Shown here piece by piece: positions 28,346-37,102 of a stretch of 64,000 bases of DNA. The stretch comes from Candidatus Latescibacterota bacterium (GTDB lineage Bacteria > Latescibacterota > UBA2968 > UBA8231): contig OZ242005.1 of the NCBI GenBank assembly GCA_965204725.1, forward strand, positions 1,952,001 to 2,016,000. The letters are read 5' to 3'. Every line of letters starts with the position of its first letter. Within the stretch, counting starts at the first letter, position 1. The translations under genes were made by a program, and so were the position numbers. Below the pieces are notes generated by a model. It searched no databases. It was given only the letters and a program-made list of their open reading frames with translations, and had not been told where the DNA came from.

Positions 28346-29287
28346 TTAGGCGATGGACTCGATGAACCCATCAACGCTGAAATAGCGAAACCCAGTATCG
28401 CAGAGCATGGTCACCAGACGGGATTTTGGGCCTAGGGCGCGGGCTACCTGCAAACAGGCCGCCACATTGGCCCCGGACGAAGGCCCCAGCAGCAATCCTT
28501 CCTCGCGGGCCAAGCGGCGGGTGTAGTGAAACGCCTCGTCGTCGTCGACCTGCACGATTTGGTCGATCCACTCGCGGCCGAGGACTTCGGGCACAAAACC
28601 CGCGCCAATTCCCTGAATGCCGTGCAGGCCAGCCGCGCCCCCCGCCAGCACGGGCGAGCGCTTAGGCTCAACCGCGACGATGCGCACGGCCGGCACGGCC
28701 TGCTTGAGCACCTCCCCAACGCCGGTTATGGTGCCGCCAGTACCCACCCCGGCGACAAAGGCGTCTAGCGCCCCTTGGGTGGCCACGAGGATTTCCTCGG
28801 CCGTGGCCCGGCGATGGGCCGCTGGGTTGGCCGGATTGGCAAACTGCTGGGGAATGAACACGCCAGCGGGATCGGCGGCCTTGAGCTCTTCGGCCTTGCG
28901 GATGGCCCCGGACATGTCTTCGGCCGCCGGCGTCAGGGCGATTTCCGCGCCGTAACTGGCCATGACCTGCCGCCGCTCCAAGCTCATGCTCTCGGGCATG
29001 GTCAGCACCAGCCGGTAGCCCCGGACGGCCGCGGCCAGAGCCAGCGCGATCCCGGTATTGCCGCTGGTCGGCTCGACGATGGTCATGCCCTTTTTGAGCT
29101 GACCGGCCGCCTCGGCCGCGCAAATCATGCTAACGCCGATGCGGTCTTTGACGCTGCCGGTTGGGTTGCGCGCTTCGAGCTTGCCGTAGAGTTGGCTGCC
29201 GTTGGCCGGCGCGACTCGGTAGAGGCGCACGAGGGGCGTGTCCCCCACCAACTCCAACATGTCGTCTGCGGTCTTGAGCTTGCTCAT
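28346..29287 (-). CDS. cysK: cysteine synthase A
   Basis: NPTGSVKDR, EPTSGNTG, GVGTGGT, HGIQGIG; ATGA overlap with the upstream stop. Confidence 0.95.
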   Translation of the reverse strand: MSKLKTADDMLELVGDTPLVRLYRVAPANGSQLYGKLEARNPTGSVKDRIGVSMICAAEAAGQLKKGMTIVEPTSGNTGIALALAAAVRGYRLVLTMPESMSLERRQVMASYGAEIALTPAAEDMSGAIRKAEELKAADPAGVFIPQQFANPANPAAHRRATAEEILVATQGALDAFVAGVGTGGTITGVGEVLKQAVPAVRIVAVEPKRSPVLAGGAAGLHGIQGIGAGFVPEVLGREWIDQIVQVDDDEAFHYTRRLAREEGLLLGPSSGANVAACLQVARALGPKSRLVTMLCDTGFRYFSVDGFIESIA

Positions 29288-31356
29288 TTTGCGTTCGTTA
29301 GCTGCTCCACCAAGCCGGCGACCGTGGCCAGCGGCCGCGAACACGTCTCGTCGCGGCACACGTACGCTCGGCCACCGACCGTTAGCTTCCCCTTTAGCAG
29401 CGGCAACGCCACAGCCGCTTCCTCCTCCCCAACCGCCGCAGCCAACACGACCTTATTGGGCACAAAGCACCCATGCAGGGCCGCTGCAAAAGCACGGCAT
29501 TCGGCGGGGTTGCCCACCAAGGCAACCTCGGTCGGCCTAGCCAAGTAAAAGTCGAGGGCACAGAGCATTTGCGCCCCAGCGGCCGGCGCACGGCGCAACA
29601 ACGGCTCAAAGAGGACCAGCGTTTGCTCACCCCGCTGCCACAACGCCCGGTCGCCCTTCATCGCCCCCAAGCGCAAAAGCACCAACGCCCCCAGCGAGTT
29701 GCCCGAGGGCGTGGCGTTGTCAAACGGGTTCTTGGTGCGCACGATCAAATCAGTCGCCTCGGCCCCCGCATAGAAGAACCCCCCGCGTTCCTCATCCCAA
29801 AACCGCGCCACCATCTCGGCCGCCCAGTGCTCGGCCGCGGCCAAAAAGCGCGATTCAAAGCTCGCCTCGTACAGGTCGATCAGGCCGTTGACCACACCGG
29901 CGTAATCGTCCTGATAGGCCGGAATCCGCGCTTGGCCGTCCTTATAGGTGTGCAGGAGGCGGCCATCGCAGACCATGCGCTCTAAAATAAAATCGGCCGC
30001 CGCTACGGCCGCACGCAGGTAGCGGTCTTCCCGAAAAACTTGGTAGGCGCGGGCCATCGCGCTGATCATCAGCCCGTTCCACGCCGTCAGAATTTTGTCG
30101 TCGCGCCCGGGGGCAACGCGCTGTTGCCGCGCCGCCAGCAGCGCCGCGCAGCCGCGCTCTACCACGCGCGCCAGCCGCTCCGGCGCGACCTTGAGCAAGC
30201 GCGCCACCCCTTCCAGCTCGTTTTCCACGTGCAAAATGTTGCGTCCGTGCTCAAAGTTGCCCTCCGGCACCACGCCGTAATAGCGGACAAAGAGCGCGGC
30301 ATCTTCCTCGCCCAGCAGGTCCTCAATCTCCTCCAAAAACCACGTAAAAAACCGGCCTTCCTCGCCCTCGCTGTCCGCGTCCTGCGCCGCGTAGAAGCCG
30401 CCTTCGGGCTGCGTCATCTCTCGTAGCACGTAGCCGAGGGTGTGCTCGACGACCGTGCGGTAGAACTCGTCTTGGGTCGCTTGATAGGCTTCGATATAGG
30501 TCCACACCAGCAGGGCGTTGTCGTAGAGCATTTTCTCAAAGTGCGGTACTAGCCAGCGCTCATCTACGGAGTAGCGGTGAAAACCCCCGCCAAGCTGGTC
30601 GTACATCCCCCCTCTAGCCATGCGCTTGAGCGTGTGCTCGGCCATGGCCAGCGCGTGCTGGTCGCCGCGTCTGGCATAGCGGCGCAACAGCAGGGACAAG
30701 CTCATGCTCGGCGGAAATTTGGGGGCGCCGCCAAACCCTCCGTATCGGGGGTCATAGGTGGATTGGAGCTGCGCGCAGGCCTGATCGAGGACCGCTTCGT
30801 CCGGGACGCTACCCGGCGTTAAGAACTCGGCGTGTTGCTGGAGCGTCCGCATGAGTTCGGCGGTCTTTTCGGCCACGCCGGCGCGGTTGTCTCGGTAGTA
30901 GTCCGCGATCGCTTGCAGCACCCGCGGAAAGCCCGGCCGCCCATAGCGGTCTTCGGGCGGGAAATACGTCCCGCCGTAAAAAGGCTGCAAATCCGGCGTT
31001 AGGAACACCGTCATCGGCCAGCCCCCTTGGCCCGTCATAGCCTGCACGGCCGTCATGTAAATCTCATCGACATCGGGCCGTTCTTCGCGATCGACCTTGA
31101 TGTTGATAAAGTGCTCGTTCATGCGCTGGGCAATGCGTTCGTCTTCAAACGATTCGCGCTCCATGACATGGCACCAATGGCAGGCCGAATACCCCACCGA
31201 CAGCAAGATGGGCCGGTCAGCCTCCCGCGCCGCGGCTAGGGCCTCCTCGCCCCAAGGATACCACTCGACGGGATTGTGGGCGTGCTGGCGCAAGTACGGA
31301 CTCGATTCGTCCGCGAGGCGGTTGGTGTACTTGGGATCGGACATAGACATAGACAT
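29284..31356 (-). CDS. thioredoxin-domain protein, YyaL/SSP411 (DUF255) family
   Basis: NRLADESSPYLRQHAHNPVEW, CHWCHVM, GGFHRYSVD, HFEKMLYDNA, DDKILTAWNG. Confidence 0.92.
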   Translation of the reverse strand: MSMSMSDPKYTNRLADESSPYLRQHAHNPVEWYPWGEEALAAAREADRPILLSVGYSACHWCHVMERESFEDERIAQRMNEHFINIKVDREERPDVDEIYMTAVQAMTGQGGWPMTVFLTPDLQPFYGGTYFPPEDRYGRPGFPRVLQAIADYYRDNRAGVAEKTAELMRTLQQHAEFLTPGSVPDEAVLDQACAQLQSTYDPRYGGFGGAPKFPPSMSLSLLLRRYARRGDQHALAMAEHTLKRMARGGMYDQLGGGFHRYSVDERWLVPHFEKMLYDNALLVWTYIEAYQATQDEFYRTVVEHTLGYVLREMTQPEGGFYAAQDADSEGEEGRFFTWFLEEIEDLLGEEDAALFVRYYGVVPEGNFEHGRNILHVENELEGVARLLKVAPERLARVVERGCAALLAARQQRVAPGRDDKILTAWNGLMISAMARAYQVFREDRYLRAAVAAADFILERMVCDGRLLHTYKDGQARIPAYQDDYAGVVNGLIDLYEASFESRFLAAAEHWAAEMVARFWDEERGGFFYAGAEATDLIVRTKNPFDNATPSGNSLGALVLLRLGAMKGDRALWQRGEQTLVLFEPLLRRAPAAGAQMLCALDFYLARPTEVALVGNPAECRAFAAALHGCFVPNKVVLAAAVGEEEAAVALPLLKGKLTVGGRAYVCRDETCSRPLATVAGLVEQLTNAK

Positions 31357-31373
31357 AGAATAAATAATACGAT

Positions 31374-32864
31374 TCACTCGCCGTTGGCGATAGGCTCCGC
31401 TGGGCAGCGCGTCTGCAAGTAGGCTTCGAGATCGCCGACGATGGCGCGGAAGCACCGCTCGGCCTCGGCGCGCATTTCCGCCTGTTCGCGGCCGCAGTGC
31501 AAGGGCCACACCTGCTCCCGATAGCGCCTTTCAAAGGCATCCTGATCAGCTGGAGGCAAGGCCGCAATCTGCAACGCACGAATTTCGCCAAAGCTGATAT
31601 TCGGCGTCCCCACTCCGTTGGCCTGCGCGGCGATCTGCGCGCGGCCCAGCCGCGTTTTGAAAAAAAACCAAGCGTAAAACGGATTGAGTCCCTCCAACCG
31701 GATCAGATCGACAAAGCAGCCCACATTGGCCGGCCCGCTCCCCAAATACACTGCGAGGCGGTTTTGGCCCAAGGCCCCGACCCCAGACCGCGACAGCAGC
31801 AAATCCCCGGGGCGCACCCGGCTGCGCGGTGGATCATGCACCCCGGCGGGCGCGACGCACAAAAGCGTCCGCTCGTCGAGCCCGGTTTCGGCGATGTCGC
31901 CTTGGCGGATGACCGGCACGCCGGCCTCTACATGCTGGGGACAGCGGCCGGTGACAATCGGCCCGTACGTCAAATGGCTTATGTATTCCCCCAACGGGAC
32001 CAGTCGCAAGCGGCCCGCCCAGCGGCGCACCAAAGCGCGCCCTTGCCAAAAGCGCGGGTCCCAACGCCGGCCGCACAACGCACGCTGGCCCACCCTTAAA
32101 AGAACGGCCTCCGGTCCGCGGCGCGCCGACGCGCCGAGCAGGAGCCGGACCCGCTGCGCGTACTCCTCCACGCTCGGCGGCTGCCCGGTCGGCGCGAGCA
32201 GCCGCGCCTTGGTCCGGGCCAGCGGCTCGCTGCGCCGCAAGACGACCAAGGCCGTCTGCACCTTGTTGAAGGCACCGGGCAAGGCGACAACGGCCCGCAC
32301 CTCCGCGCGCGCGAGCAACCAGTCGCGCACACCCTGCCGCCGGGCGTTGGCGAGGAATCCCTCGGGCAGGATCAGGGCCATCCAACCAGCGGGCCGGGTC
32401 AGTTGCAAGGCGCGCTCGGCAAAAAGTGCCTCCACCGGGAAGGCCGACACCTGCTTCTGTCCATCGAGCAGCCTAAAACGCTGGACGAGCCGGCTCGATC
32501 CATCCGGCCCCAACCAAGGCAGCATCGGCCCCAACTTGCCAAAAGGCGGGTTGGCCAACACGCAATCAAACGACTCGTCGGCAACTGCGGGAAAAGCGCC
32601 GAGCAAGCCGTCGCCGGTGTAAAAGCGGTCGGCCCGACGGCGTCCTTGCTCGACCAGCCGCCCGTCAATCTCAATGCCCGTAGTCTGATAATCTGGGCCG
32701 ACGACGGCCAACAACGCCCCTTCGCCCGCCGCTGGATCGACCACGCGCACCCCAGCCCTTAGCTCGTCTCCGGCCAGTGTCCGCACTGCGTCCCAAGCCA
32801 GTCGCGCTACGGCTGGCGGGGTAAAATGCTGCGCTAGGGTCTTCGCGTTTCCCCTGTTACTCAT
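31374..32864 (-). CDS. N-6 DNA methylase (HsdM-like, gamma class) fused to a TRD/HsdS-like domain
   Basis: QHFTP, VDPAAGEG, ANPPF; C-terminal half PLGEY...GDLLLSRSG...GVGTPNIS resembles a type I TRD. Confidence 0.75.
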   Translation of the reverse strand: MSNRGNAKTLAQHFTPPAVARLAWDAVRTLAGDELRAGVRVVDPAAGEGALLAVVGPDYQTTGIEIDGRLVEQGRRRADRFYTGDGLLGAFPAVADESFDCVLANPPFGKLGPMLPWLGPDGSSRLVQRFRLLDGQKQVSAFPVEALFAERALQLTRPAGWMALILPEGFLANARRQGVRDWLLARAEVRAVVALPGAFNKVQTALVVLRRSEPLARTKARLLAPTGQPPSVEEYAQRVRLLLGASARRGPEAVLLRVGQRALCGRRWDPRFWQGRALVRRWAGRLRLVPLGEYISHLTYGPIVTGRCPQHVEAGVPVIRQGDIAETGLDERTLLCVAPAGVHDPPRSRVRPGDLLLSRSGVGALGQNRLAVYLGSGPANVGCFVDLIRLEGLNPFYAWFFFKTRLGRAQIAAQANGVGTPNISFGEIRALQIAALPPADQDAFERRYREQVWPLHCGREQAEMRAEAERCFRAIVGDLEAYLQTRCPAEPIANGE

Positions 32865-33056
32865 TGGTGTATCCCATTTGGGGCAACAGCCTCTTATTGC
32901 AGATAGTCAAACGGCCTAGATAACAAACTGCCGAACAAACCATTGGAGGGCCAAGCGGCTCGCTGGCATACTTTCTGCTATTTCCATACCAAGCGTCCAC
33001 CAACGGGACGCCTCACTCGCTTACCGTTTGTACCCATCCATTCTCAGGAGGATCCC

Positions 33057-33458
33057 ATGCCGACCTTAAGGATGCCCAACATCAACCAAGTCGCCCTCAG
33101 CGGCCGCTTGGTGCAAGAACCCGACTTCCGCTTCATGGACAACGGAGCTGCCCGCCTGCGAGGGCGGATCGCCGTCAACCGCTCCTATCGCGACCGCAAT
33201 CAAGAGTGGCAAGAGGAGACCTCCTTCTTCGACATCATCCTCTGGCAAAAAGCCGCTGAAACCTTGGCTAAGCGGCTGCACAAGGGCACGCCGGTCTTTG
33301 TCACGGGCCGCCTGCAAAGCCACTCTTGGCGCAACGACGACGACCAGCTCCGCTTCCGCGTCCAAGTGCAGGTGCGGAACCTGCAAGTGCTAGAACGAGA
33401 TGCAGAAGCCCTGCCGGCGGAAGACGCGCAGGAAGACACCGCCCTCCGGGCGGCTTGA
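33057..33458 (+). CDS. ssb: single-stranded DNA-binding protein
   Basis: SD CAGGAGG; INQVALSGRL, IAVNRSY, VTGRLQSHSW OB-fold motifs. Confidence 0.88.
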   Translation: MPTLRMPNINQVALSGRLVQEPDFRFMDNGAARLRGRIAVNRSYRDRNQEWQEETSFFDIILWQKAAETLAKRLHKGTPVFVTGRLQSHSWRNDDDQLRFRVQVQVRNLQVLERDAEALPAEDAQEDTALRAA

Positions 33459-33527
33459 GCAAGGAATGCGCGCGGGCCGGCGGGTGCAGTCGGCGGACGA
33501 ACGAGACGCGCCGCGCCCAGCCCGCGC

Positions 33528-34709
33528 TTATTCCACTCGCTCAAAGAGCGCGGCAATGCCCATGCCCCCGCCAATGCACAACGCGGCGATCCCCAGCCGG
33601 ACGCGGTGCTGCTGCATCTGGTGCAAAAGTGTGGTGGCTAGGCGCGCCCCGCTGGCGCCGACGGCGTGGCCCATGGCAATGGCCCCGCCTTGGATGTTCA
33701 CTTGGTCCCAGTCCCAATCCAACTCTCGGCCCACAGCCAAGCTCTGGGCGGCAAAGGCTTCGTTGAGTTCAATCCGGTCGATGTCTTCGAGCCGGGTCCC
33801 GGTCTGGGCCAACAGCTTGCGAATGGCCGGGGCCGGGCCGATCCCCATAATGCGGGGGTCAACGCCTGCACTGGCCGTTCCCCGCAGGTAGGCCAGCGGC
33901 GTCAGCCCGCGCACCTTGGCCCCATCGGCGGTCATCAACAGCAGCGCGGCGGCCCCATCGTTGATTCCCGAAGCATTGCCCGCGGTCACAGTCCCATCCT
34001 TCGCAAACGCCGGTTTGAGCCGACTCAGCTGCTCAACGGTGGTCCCGGGGCGCGGATGCTCGTCGGTTGCAAAAAGGGTCTCCCCGCCTTTTTGCGCGAT
34101 ACCTACGGGCACGATCTGACCGGCAAACGCCTCCTGCTCTTGGGCAGCGGCCCACCGCTGTTGGCTCCGCGCTGCGAATTGGTCCTGCTCGGCGCGGGTA
34201 ATGCCGTACTCAGCGGCCAAGTTCTCGGCCGTGACCCCCATGTGGCAGTCGTAAAAGCAATCCCACAGCCCATCGAGCAGCAGCATGTCCTCCACCGCGC
34301 CGTGCCCTAGCCGCTGACCCCACCGCGCCCTGGGCAGCACATAGGGGGCTTGGCTCATGTTTTCCATGCCCCCGGCCAGCACGACCTCGGCCTCGCCGGC
34401 CCGCAGGCTTTGGGCGGCCAGCCCGATGGCCTTCAGCCCCGAGCCGCAGAGCTTATTGACCGTCATGGACGGCACCTCGTACGGCAGCCCGGCCGCGATG
34501 GCCGCTTGGCGCGCTGGATTGGCCCCGGCCCCGCCCTGATACACCATGCCCATCAGCACTTCATCCACTTCGCGCGCTTCTATATGGCTCTCGGCCAAGG
34601 CCGCGGCGAGCACCTTGCCGCCGAGCTCGGCCGCCGTTATGTCCTGCAATGCCCCGCCAAAGCGGCCCGTGGCCGTGCGCCGGGCACTGACTACAACTGG
34701 ATCTGCCAT
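33528..34709 (-). CDS. acetyl-CoA C-acetyltransferase (thiolase)
   Basis: NKLCGSGL, TAGNASGINDGAA, ELNEAFA, GHAVGASG, LCIGGGMG. Confidence 0.93.
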   Translation of the reverse strand: MADPVVVSARRTATGRFGGALQDITAAELGGKVLAAALAESHIEAREVDEVLMGMVYQGGAGANPARQAAIAAGLPYEVPSMTVNKLCGSGLKAIGLAAQSLRAGEAEVVLAGGMENMSQAPYVLPRARWGQRLGHGAVEDMLLLDGLWDCFYDCHMGVTAENLAAEYGITRAEQDQFAARSQQRWAAAQEQEAFAGQIVPVGIAQKGGETLFATDEHPRPGTTVEQLSRLKPAFAKDGTVTAGNASGINDGAAALLLMTADGAKVRGLTPLAYLRGTASAGVDPRIMGIGPAPAIRKLLAQTGTRLEDIDRIELNEAFAAQSLAVGRELDWDWDQVNIQGGAIAMGHAVGASGARLATTLLHQMQQHRVRLGIAALCIGGGMGIAALFERVE

Positions 34710-34745
34710 GTTTCCTATTCCACCTTTCGCTTATGCGGGGCCGCG

Positions 34746-34774
34746 TTGACGCCGAGCCGCCGCGAACTTAACTT
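34746..34774 (+). promoter_or_regulatory. putative tRNA promoter
   Basis: TTGACG-N17-TAACTT just upstream of the tRNA. Confidence 0.5.
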
Positions 34775-34790
34775 TTTACCTACTCGATAG

Positions 34791-34866
34791 GGGGCTGTAG
34801 CTCAGCTGGGAGAGCGCGGGCTTTGCAAGCCTGAGGTCGTCGGTTCGATCCCGATCAGCTCCACCA
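34791..34866 (+). tRNA. tRNA-Ala (TGC)
   Basis: GGGGCTGTAGCTCAGCTGGGAGAGC...TTGCAA...GGTTCGATCC...CAGCTCCACCA; 76 nt, G3:U70 pair, encoded CCA. Confidence 0.97.
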
Positions 34867-34896
34867 AATATCGCGGACGCTGCGAAAATCCCAACA

Positions 34897-35177
34897 CTAA
34901 ATGACTTGCAAGCTGTAGAGATGCTTCGACTTCGCTACGCTGCGCTCAGCATGACACACAGACGAGGACTGCGTACCCCAGCCCTTGTCATACTGAGCGA
35001 AGCGAAGTATCTCATACCCAAAACGCCCGCAAACGCGGAAATCCAGTCTTAAAGGATGTAGGACGGCTATATAGCAATCCTAAATGACTTGCAAGCATGT
35101 AGAGATGCTTCGACTACGCTACGCTACGCTCAGCATGACACACAGACGGGGACTGCGTGCCCCAGCCCTTGTCATAC
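34897..35177. repeat. ~97-bp direct repeat pair containing GCTCAGCATGAC/GTCATACTGAGC-type REP palindromes
   Basis: 34897-34993 and 35080-35177 are nearly identical (CTAAATGACTTGCAAGC...CCCTTGTCATAC). Confidence 0.85.
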
Positions 35178-35233
35178 CAACAAAAAATAAACCTCAATCA
35201 ACCTAAAGGCGAAAATTTCCCACGGAGGACCCG

Positions 35234-36808
35234 ATGCCGCACGACCCATGGCGACTCATCTACGTCAGCGACCCTTCGGGCAACGCCAACTACGATTTTG
35301 ACCCGGGCAGGGCGCGTCCCCTCATAACCTCCCACCCCGCCACGCCCGAGGAACTACGGCGCATCATCGACAACGTCGCCGCCAACAGGGCCGATACCTT
35401 TATCCAAGAGGTCTATAACGCCGGCTGGACCCTGTACTTTCGCTCCCCGCGCTTCGAGTACGACGCTCGTCCCCAGCACCGGCGCTTTATTCCCATGATG
35501 GACGACGGGATCATGCCGCTGCAAGTGATGCTCGACCAAGCCCGCAAGCACGGGATGAATTTCCTCGCTGGTTTTCGCATGAACGACAGCCACGGTGCGC
35601 CCGATCAGGGGGGGATGTTTCTCCACAAGAACCCGCAGTGGAAAATTGCGGAAATGCCGCCGGGCACGGCCTTCGTCCCCGGCAACAGGATGGATTTCAC
35701 CTTTGCCGAGGTGCGCGATTACCTCTTTTCCGTGATGGCGGAAGTCGTCGATCAATTCGACGTCGATGGGCTGGAGTTGGTCTTCCGCGAAGGTCTTTAC
35801 TTTCCCGCGCCCCAAGGCGATAGAAGCCTAGCGCACGCGCGCCAACCGCTTATGACCGACTTGATCCGGCGGGTGCGGGAAATGCTCGACCAAGCCGGAA
35901 GCAGCCGGGGCCGCGACCTGATTTTGGGGGTCCGCGTCCCGGAGACCTTGGCGGAGTGCCACAACTGCGGTCTCGACGTACCTACCTATATAAAGGAAGG
36001 ACTCGTCGACTATGTCGCTCCCCAAGACGCCATGTATTCGGATTTCAACGCCCCATACCAAGAGTTCAGCCAGCTCACCAAAGCTACTCCGTGCGCGCTC
36101 ATCCCCGGCCTCCTCCCCTATTGCGCCAACCTCGACCGCACCGGACCGCCTTTGACGCTCGAAAACTACCGCGCCTTGGCCCATTCGTTTGCTCGCCAAG
36201 GAGCCGACGGGGTCTCTATGTACAACTTTCAGATGCACTGGGATGCCTTCTGGAAATCGACCCGGGATCCCGGGTCGGAAGCCATGTATCCGCTAGCCCT
36301 TAGCTACCTGCGCGAACTGCGCGATCCGGCCAAAATTGTCGCGGGGGCGCGGCATTATCTCTTTCACCCTATGTGGAGCGGCTCTACGGCCTTTGGCACT
36401 CCGGGCACGACCGCCGGTGGAGTCGTCCGCGACGCCGAGATACAGCTCGAGCGAACGGAGCGGCAACCTTATGGGCAGTATCGCTTTCGCCTGTTTGAAA
36501 ACTTTGACGAACTCGTCTTTGCGAAGCTGTTCTTCCGCGCTACCGGCTTGGGGCCTTACGATCAAATTGCGGTCGATGTCAACGGCACGGCCATCCCCGC
36601 CCACAGCGTCCGCCGCATCTGGCACAGCGAGGGTCGGCCCCCCAATCAGGGACGGCCCCTCCCCGCTCATACCACCTGCATTATCGATCTGTCGTCGCCG
36701 CCTATACGCGCCGGCGACAATGCCCTCGGCGTCCGCTTGCTCTCCTCCGGCCTCCCCGAGGGGGCTGTCGTCATCGACGAGGTGGAAGTGACCGCGCTCC
36801 CGCGATAG
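35234..36808 (+). CDS. glycoside hydrolase-like TIM-barrel protein (GHL10/family-10-like)
   Basis: SD GGAGG; FRMNDSH, MDFTFAEVRD, FDVDGLEL, GADGVSMYNF motifs. Confidence 0.65.
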   Translation: MPHDPWRLIYVSDPSGNANYDFDPGRARPLITSHPATPEELRRIIDNVAANRADTFIQEVYNAGWTLYFRSPRFEYDARPQHRRFIPMMDDGIMPLQVMLDQARKHGMNFLAGFRMNDSHGAPDQGGMFLHKNPQWKIAEMPPGTAFVPGNRMDFTFAEVRDYLFSVMAEVVDQFDVDGLELVFREGLYFPAPQGDRSLAHARQPLMTDLIRRVREMLDQAGSSRGRDLILGVRVPETLAECHNCGLDVPTYIKEGLVDYVAPQDAMYSDFNAPYQEFSQLTKATPCALIPGLLPYCANLDRTGPPLTLENYRALAHSFARQGADGVSMYNFQMHWDAFWKSTRDPGSEAMYPLALSYLRELRDPAKIVAGARHYLFHPMWSGSTAFGTPGTTAGGVVRDAEIQLERTERQPYGQYRFRLFENFDELVFAKLFFRATGLGPYDQIAVDVNGTAIPAHSVRRIWHSEGRPPNQGRPLPAHTTCIIDLSSPPIRAGDNALGVRLLSSGLPEGAVVIDEVEVTALPR

Positions 36809-36832
36809 GGGTCGCTTTTCTAAACTGCATTA

Positions 36833-36939
36833 GGCGCGGTGATCGACGGGGGCGCTGTATATTTTCTTTCTACGGCTAGCAACTTCCTTGCTGGCGAGGG
36901 CTGGCGGTATTTCACGGGCAGTCCGATGGTGAGATGGCC
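36833..36939 (+). pseudogene. isolated fragment of the first loop of the array glycosyltransferases
   Basis: Encodes GAVIDGGAVYFLSTASNFLAGEGWRYFTGSPMVRWP, near-identical to segments of the genes at 52757, 54966 and 63670. Confidence 0.85.
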
Positions 36940-37102
36940 TGCGGCGTCAGACGGCGTAGGGGGCGTTTTGTGGGCAGTCTGTGGGGGCATGGGTTGGTTT
37001 GTAGCAAGTCTTATTCAATAAGACTTGGTCGGGTTGTTTTTGTGCGTTTTGTGCGTTTTGTGGCTTATAAACCAATGTACAAATGTACAGAGGAACGTTG
37101 AG

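Noticed and set aside
34897-35177. CRISPR array
   Set aside because: Only two long (~97 bp) copies built from REP palindromes; no regular repeat-spacer units and no cas genes
34791-35233. Integrase-driven island with att site at tRNA-Ala
   Set aside because: No integrase and no duplicated tRNA 3' end seen within this window; it cannot be excluded beyond 64 kb
37037-37066. (TTTTGTGCG)n short repeat as a phase-variation tract
   Set aside because: Only about three imperfect 9-bp units, upstream of the likely start; a 9-bp unit would not shift the frame
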